Source of the DNA: a virus
Taxonomy: Duplodnaviria; Caudoviricetes
Reading direction: 5' to 3' (one strand)
Virus record (IMG/VR): IMGVR_UViG_3300015615_000196
Coordinates: 96,001-160,000 of that record
DNA: 64,000 bases
Below, one piece after another: positions 63,942 through 64,000 of this stretch (within the stretch, counting starts at the first letter, position 1; each line of letters opens with the position of its first letter). A program made the translations under genes and the position numbers. The notes beneath the pieces are model-generated. The model worked only from the letters and a program-made list of their open reading frames with translations, ran no database searches and was not told the origin of the DNA.

Positions 63942-64000
63942 TCAATTGTTGTTTTTTGGGTTCCTTACTGTTATAATGATCTTTAAACTTGTTCTCGATT

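Noticed and set aside
1-64000. Stop-codon reassignment as seen in some Bacteroidota jumbo phages
   Set aside because: Core genes are full length in the standard code and no suppressor tRNA (CTA/TCA anticodon) was seen.
1-64000. CRISPR array
   Set aside because: No regularly spaced direct repeats seen; the repeated GGTTCGA motifs are tRNA T-arms.

Overview
64-kb fragment of a large T4-like (myovirus-type) jumbo phage genome in standard genetic code. The host is inferred to be Bacteroidota from TTTG-N19-21-TAnnTTTG promoters, A-rich leaders mostly without a Shine-Dalgarno sequence, and a Bacteroidota-type lipoprotein. Positions ~0.4-7.1 kb hold two divergent tRNA operons: minus strand Asp x2, Leu x2, Ala, Glu x2 plus tRNA-like ncRNAs; plus strand Pro x3, His x2, Gln x3. 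The rest encodes the core virion machinery (terminase, portal, prohead protease, scaffold, major capsid, neck, sheath, tube, baseplate), a lysin, a putative late sigma factor, and nucleotide/RNA-metabolism enzymes (ThyX, UvrD-like helicase, three Pol-beta-family nucleotidyltransferases, HD hydrolase, exonucleases, ClpP-like protease, two glycosyltransferases). Main observation: each tRNA operon is preceded by a promoter, a short unannotated leader ORF, alternative hairpins and an intrinsic terminator, i.e. a trp/his-style ribosome-stalling attenuator. The control codons match the tRNAs downstream: PQPQHQPQ before the Pro/His/Gln array, and a Leu(TTA/TTG)/Ala/Glu/Asp-rich peptide before the Leu/Ala/Glu/Asp array. 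This suggests the phage senses shortage of specific tRNAs and switches on its own replacements. The minus operon also carries a circularly permuted tRNA-like (Y-RNA-like) RNA and a 158-nt expanded tRNA-Leu-like RNA. All protein assignments are from motif recognition by eye; no database searches were run.
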